DNA from: Macrostomum hystrix
Lineage: Eukaryota > Animalia > Platyhelminthes
Direction of reading: 5' to 3'
Assembly (NCBI GenBank): GCA_950097015.1
Contig: CATNEN010000025.1
Span: 5,766,001-5,830,000, forward strand
DNA length: 64,000 nucleotides
Shown here: piece after piece, positions 60,499-64,000 of the stretch
Position numbering within the stretch: the stretch's first letter is position 1
How the letters are laid out: each line of letters opens with the position of its first letter
Made by a program: the position numbers and the translations under genes
The notes under the pieces: model-generated
Told to the model about the DNA's origin: nothing
Database searches by the model: none
Seen by the model: only the letters and a program-made list of their open reading frames with translations

Positions 60499-62544
60499 TT
60501 GTACATAACCAAGTACTCAGTCACCTATAGTGCTCGAGGATCAGAGACGATGACTCCTGTACAGATCTCGCGGAAATGCCAACCTCATGTCATATCTTTT
60601 CCAGCGTGCACGAGAACTGCCATCATGGGCCGCACGTGTCGCGACGCTTCGGAGAAAGAAAGTAAAGAGGCAAAAGAAACGCATGCAACAATAAAGAAGC
60701 CGTCTGGTGTTTCTAAGAAAATAGGAGTACCATCCAGTGTCGCCAAGGTGTCGGCTCGGGCTACGGCAACCGATTCGGGTGCCAACGTCCCGACTGGAGC
60801 CGCCGCCGCCGCCGCCGCAGCTGTGGCAGATGCGGATTTAAATCCGCCAGGTGGATTAAGCGTCGCTAATCCGACTGCCATCGATAGCACTGCTCATTCG
60901 GAAGAAGTTCCGATTCCGCGGAATCGACTCGCCGCTGAAGAAGATAACGAACCTGAAATGGTGCCGTTTAAAGCCGAAGCCAAGGCCCGGTTTTTTGTAT
61001 TTCAGTATACCGACTTCCACCAGCGAACAGAGGTAGTGTCAACAGACTCCAGCCTGATGTCCACCAGTGCCATCATTTCGCGTCGGTCGGATGTGCAGCT
61101 GCCTCTAAACACCGGCGCCGTAGTCGCTGTCGTGACAGCTCGGAGCAAGCGTAGCACGGCCCGGCGCTATCTGGGCACACTAATAAAGGGCCCATTCGAC
61201 AAGAAAAGCGAGGCTGCTGGTGCTGCCAGCTTGACTAACGTCCACACGGCACCCGCCGAGCTGCCGCGGTCCTGCAGCTCCTGTCGCGGTCTCGTGCTTG
61301 AGCTCCAAAGGGAGAAGGCCTTGACCGAATCCCTGCGTAAGTTTCTGATTAAGTTACTCATGGGGCCATCAGATCGATCTGCATTGTCGTATTCTGCATG
61401 CATCTAGATTCATCAACTGACGCATTCCGTCCACATATATAAGCAGAAGCAAACCATAAGTTAGCTGATTGACCTGTCAATCCTTCCAATTCAAATACAT
61501 ACGCAGGTGGCGAACTTAAGCTCCTCCGTACTTCTGAGACCAACCTGCTGGCACAGAACCGCACGCTCCTGCACAAGACGAGTGTGCAGGCCAAAATGGA
61601 GCGGAAGCTGGTCATGCAGGTCGAGCAGGCCGAAGCGCGCAACAATGGCCTACTGCGTAATGTCGACACCGCCAACGCGCTGCTCGCCAGGGCGTCAAAT
61701 TGCCTTTTGCCGGCCGCAAGTGCAACCACTTCAGGTGCTGCTGCAGCTGCATCACATGTGCGCCCCGATGATACCTTTGGTGACGCTGTTTCTAGCGCGC
61801 ACTCCTCCGCGGACGAGTCTGCTGACGATGACGCATTTGGCGACCAGGCAACCTTCTCCGCTGATCGCAACCTGTCTGTTGCCGAAACGCGCGCGTTAAT
61901 CCGCGCATGTGACGCGGAGCAAGGGACCGCCACTAGCTCTGCTACCGGCGGACTGGTCGCCCTTTCCGACGGCCAGAAGTTTTTTTCTGTTCCTTTGGCG
62001 ACTCCGGTCTGAACTTGAAGACCGACACAAAGAATATAAGAAGGCGATGGAAGATCAGCAGGCGGTCGACCTAGACGCAGTTGCCATGCGGCGCTTTACG
62101 CGCTTGGCGCTACTGCGTGCTGTCTTTAGGGCTGTCTTTACGTCGCAAGAATTGGCGAACTCATCCCTGTCAGGCCGAAGAATTGCTGGGTACGTTTCGG
62201 CGCCGGCGAACCCGGCCAAAGTTGCTGTCGCGAGGCAGTGGCTGCAGAACGCCGAGGTGCCAATTTACCGCAATGAACTGCATCGCGCATTCACTCGGTG
62301 CGGCGAGACGGCGAGATTGCAGCTGGGACTGCCGAAGCGCAGCCGACCCAAGCGTTCGACTGCGGCCCGCACACCTGGCCAGTCATCTCGCTCGAAGGCT
62401 ACCACCTCTGCAGAACATGTTCTGCGCATAATTATCGAACAGACTGAGGAGTCTCATAACACTGGGACGCAGTTTCTCAACGCAGGCGACTTGGACGGCA
62501 ACAGTCGTCCAAGTGACTTGTTGCTGGAGATGCTGAACGATTGA
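60499..62544 (+). CDS. Second EnSpm gene: coiled-coil plus C-terminal BEN-domain protein (TnpA-like)
   Basis: ORF 60499-61336 splices (C|GTAAGT ... CGCAG|GT, phase 1) to 61507, giving the continuous coiled coil LTESLR-GELKLLRT. A 1-nt shift in the T-run at ~61980 leads into LLRAVFRAVFTSQELANSSLSG...NPAKVAVARQWL...HRAFTRCGE, a BEN-like pattern. Confidence 0.72.
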
Positions 62545-62654
62545 TGATCAGGGACGAACAGGGTCGTGAATTGCTGGTGATAGAGCTGACTGACAGGGAC
62601 AGATCACAGACATGGACAGATCTCGAGATAGACGGAGAGAGGACTGGGGGAAAG

Positions 62655-62750
62655 GGATTGTGGCCATTTGAGGATATTGGAGCAGGGTGGTTCTGGCCAT
62701 TTGAGGATATTGGAGCAGGGTGGTTCTGGCCATTTGAGGATTGGGGTAAG
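62655..62750. repeat. 33-bp tandem repeat (about 2.5 copies) inside the EnSpm element
   Basis: TTGGAGCAGGGTGGTTCTGGCCATTTGAGGATA units. Confidence 0.85.
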
Positions 62751-64000
62751 GGGATTGTGGCCAGTGTGACTTTATGCACCAACTTTTTGTATTTCGTGAT
62801 TTGAGAGGTGATTGTGGTCAGTGTGACTTTTTGCACCTACTATATTAGCATTTTGTGAGATGTGTCGAGTCGATGATGTGATGATGATGAATGTTCGTAA
62901 AATACAAAGTGTTCTTGCCAGTTTAAGCCCCTGCTTTGGGTGTTCGTGCAGCATAACTACAAGCAGCTTCAGCTGTGCCACTTGGAAACAAAAAATGTTA
63001 CTGGAAACTAGTTGTGAATATGTCTTTGTAAAGCTTCTTTTTTATTTAAAACATTTCAACACAAATCTCGTTGGATTTTGCGTCTGCATTTAAAGGCCTC
63101 GCCATGAATTAAAGTCAGCGTGACTTTCATCAGTGTACTAAGTATGTACTTCCGCTTTCCATCCGGATGTTCTCCCGGATTTTCGTCCGGATCACGTGAA
63201 TCTCTCTTTGCCCAGTTTTCGTCAGCTTTTTGATCCGGGTAGTCATCCGGTTTATGCGTCTGATGCAGTCGTTTTGTCTGGAAAATAACCCGCCATGTGG
63301 TCTGGTTAATTCTGGATGAAATTCCGGACAAGTTTTCGGATGACAGTCTGGATTTCAACCGGACCAATCGGTTTTTTTCCAGACATTTTGGTCCGATTTT
63401 AAACTTTTCCTCTAGTTTTTTCTGGACGAATCAAATGGGAAAAATACATTACAACCCCGGATGACACCCAGACGTGTATACAGACAAACTGCCGGACCAC
63501 TTATCCAGGCGGGATAAAATTTTGTATGCAAACCACAGAACTTGCCTTCTGCTTATTCTCTGAAAAGTCTCTGAAACTGAAAAACCTGCTTTTATTTCAA
63601 TCCATGTATAGGTATAGTAAATAAATTCTGTCAGATCTTTAACCATTCCATGTTGGAGTCTAGCACTGTTTGATTTTTTAGCCATTTAACATTGGAGTCT
63701 GATGCTGGATCTCTAGCCATTGTCACTGCTATATTATCAATAACCTTAAATTTTAGGCAGTTGTTAGACAAATAGCCATTTGATTATTTACCCAGTTAGT
63801 GATTTTATTGTTAATTTTAGATTTCATACCAAATGTATACATTAGAAAGAAGGCACTAAACTATGCATGTCAGATGAGATCTTCCCTTTAAGCCAAATTT
63901 TAAGCCAAGTTTATATCTAACTAATGTCTGTTTGATTTGTAGTTTTATCCAACTAAAAAGTAACCTAAGTTCCTTTGAAGCGTGAAGTTGTAGCAACTCA

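Larger units (their letters stand above)
55328..63513 (+). mobile_element. EnSpm/CACTA (CMC superfamily) DNA transposon, 8186 bp
   Basis: TIRs CCCGCCTGGATA (55328) and TATCCAGGCGGG (ending 63513); 2-bp TSD AT/AT; dense CCGGA(C/T)/TCCGG subterminal repeats at 55330-55690 and 63160-63500; internal CMC-type transposase. Confidence 0.92.

Noticed and set aside
62541-62804. Fourth gene in the EnSpm element
   Set aside because: Short and partly made of a 33-bp repeat, with no recognisable domain
63449-63685. Missing EIF3E exon 1
   Set aside because: The ORF MAKKSNSAR... does not resemble the conserved eIF3e N-terminus (DRHLVFPLLEFL)

Overview
Eukaryotic (animal) genomic DNA, probably a free-living flatworm of the Macrostomum type; this is inferred from GC-rich poly-Q/poly-A exons, a different minisatellite in almost every intron, and splice acceptors sitting directly in front of ORFs. 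All recognisable host genes lie on the minus strand. In transcription order they are EIF3E, RIC3, FBXO42, SETD1, TMEM243-like, DLK/LZK (MAP3K12/13), a RING-CH/MARCH-like E3, a nicotinic-type Cys-loop receptor subunit and a divergent caspase. Mobile DNA comprises a hAT MITE with a perfect 8-bp TSD, a degenerate piggyBac, mariner relics, two tRNA-headed SINE families, and an 8.2-kb EnSpm/CACTA (CMC) element at 55328-63513 with CCC...GGG TIRs and an AT TSD. The most striking observation is that this EnSpm element carries, between its transposase and a BEN-domain gene, an open ORF whose C-terminus matches the conserved Sae2/CtIP (MRN-activating) domain. Other notable items are ORFs that appear to need a spliced-leader AUG, two alternative N-terminal ectodomain exons in the nAChR, and a possible tandem pseudo-caspase/caspase protein. 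Exon models and alignments were made by eye; no database searches were run.
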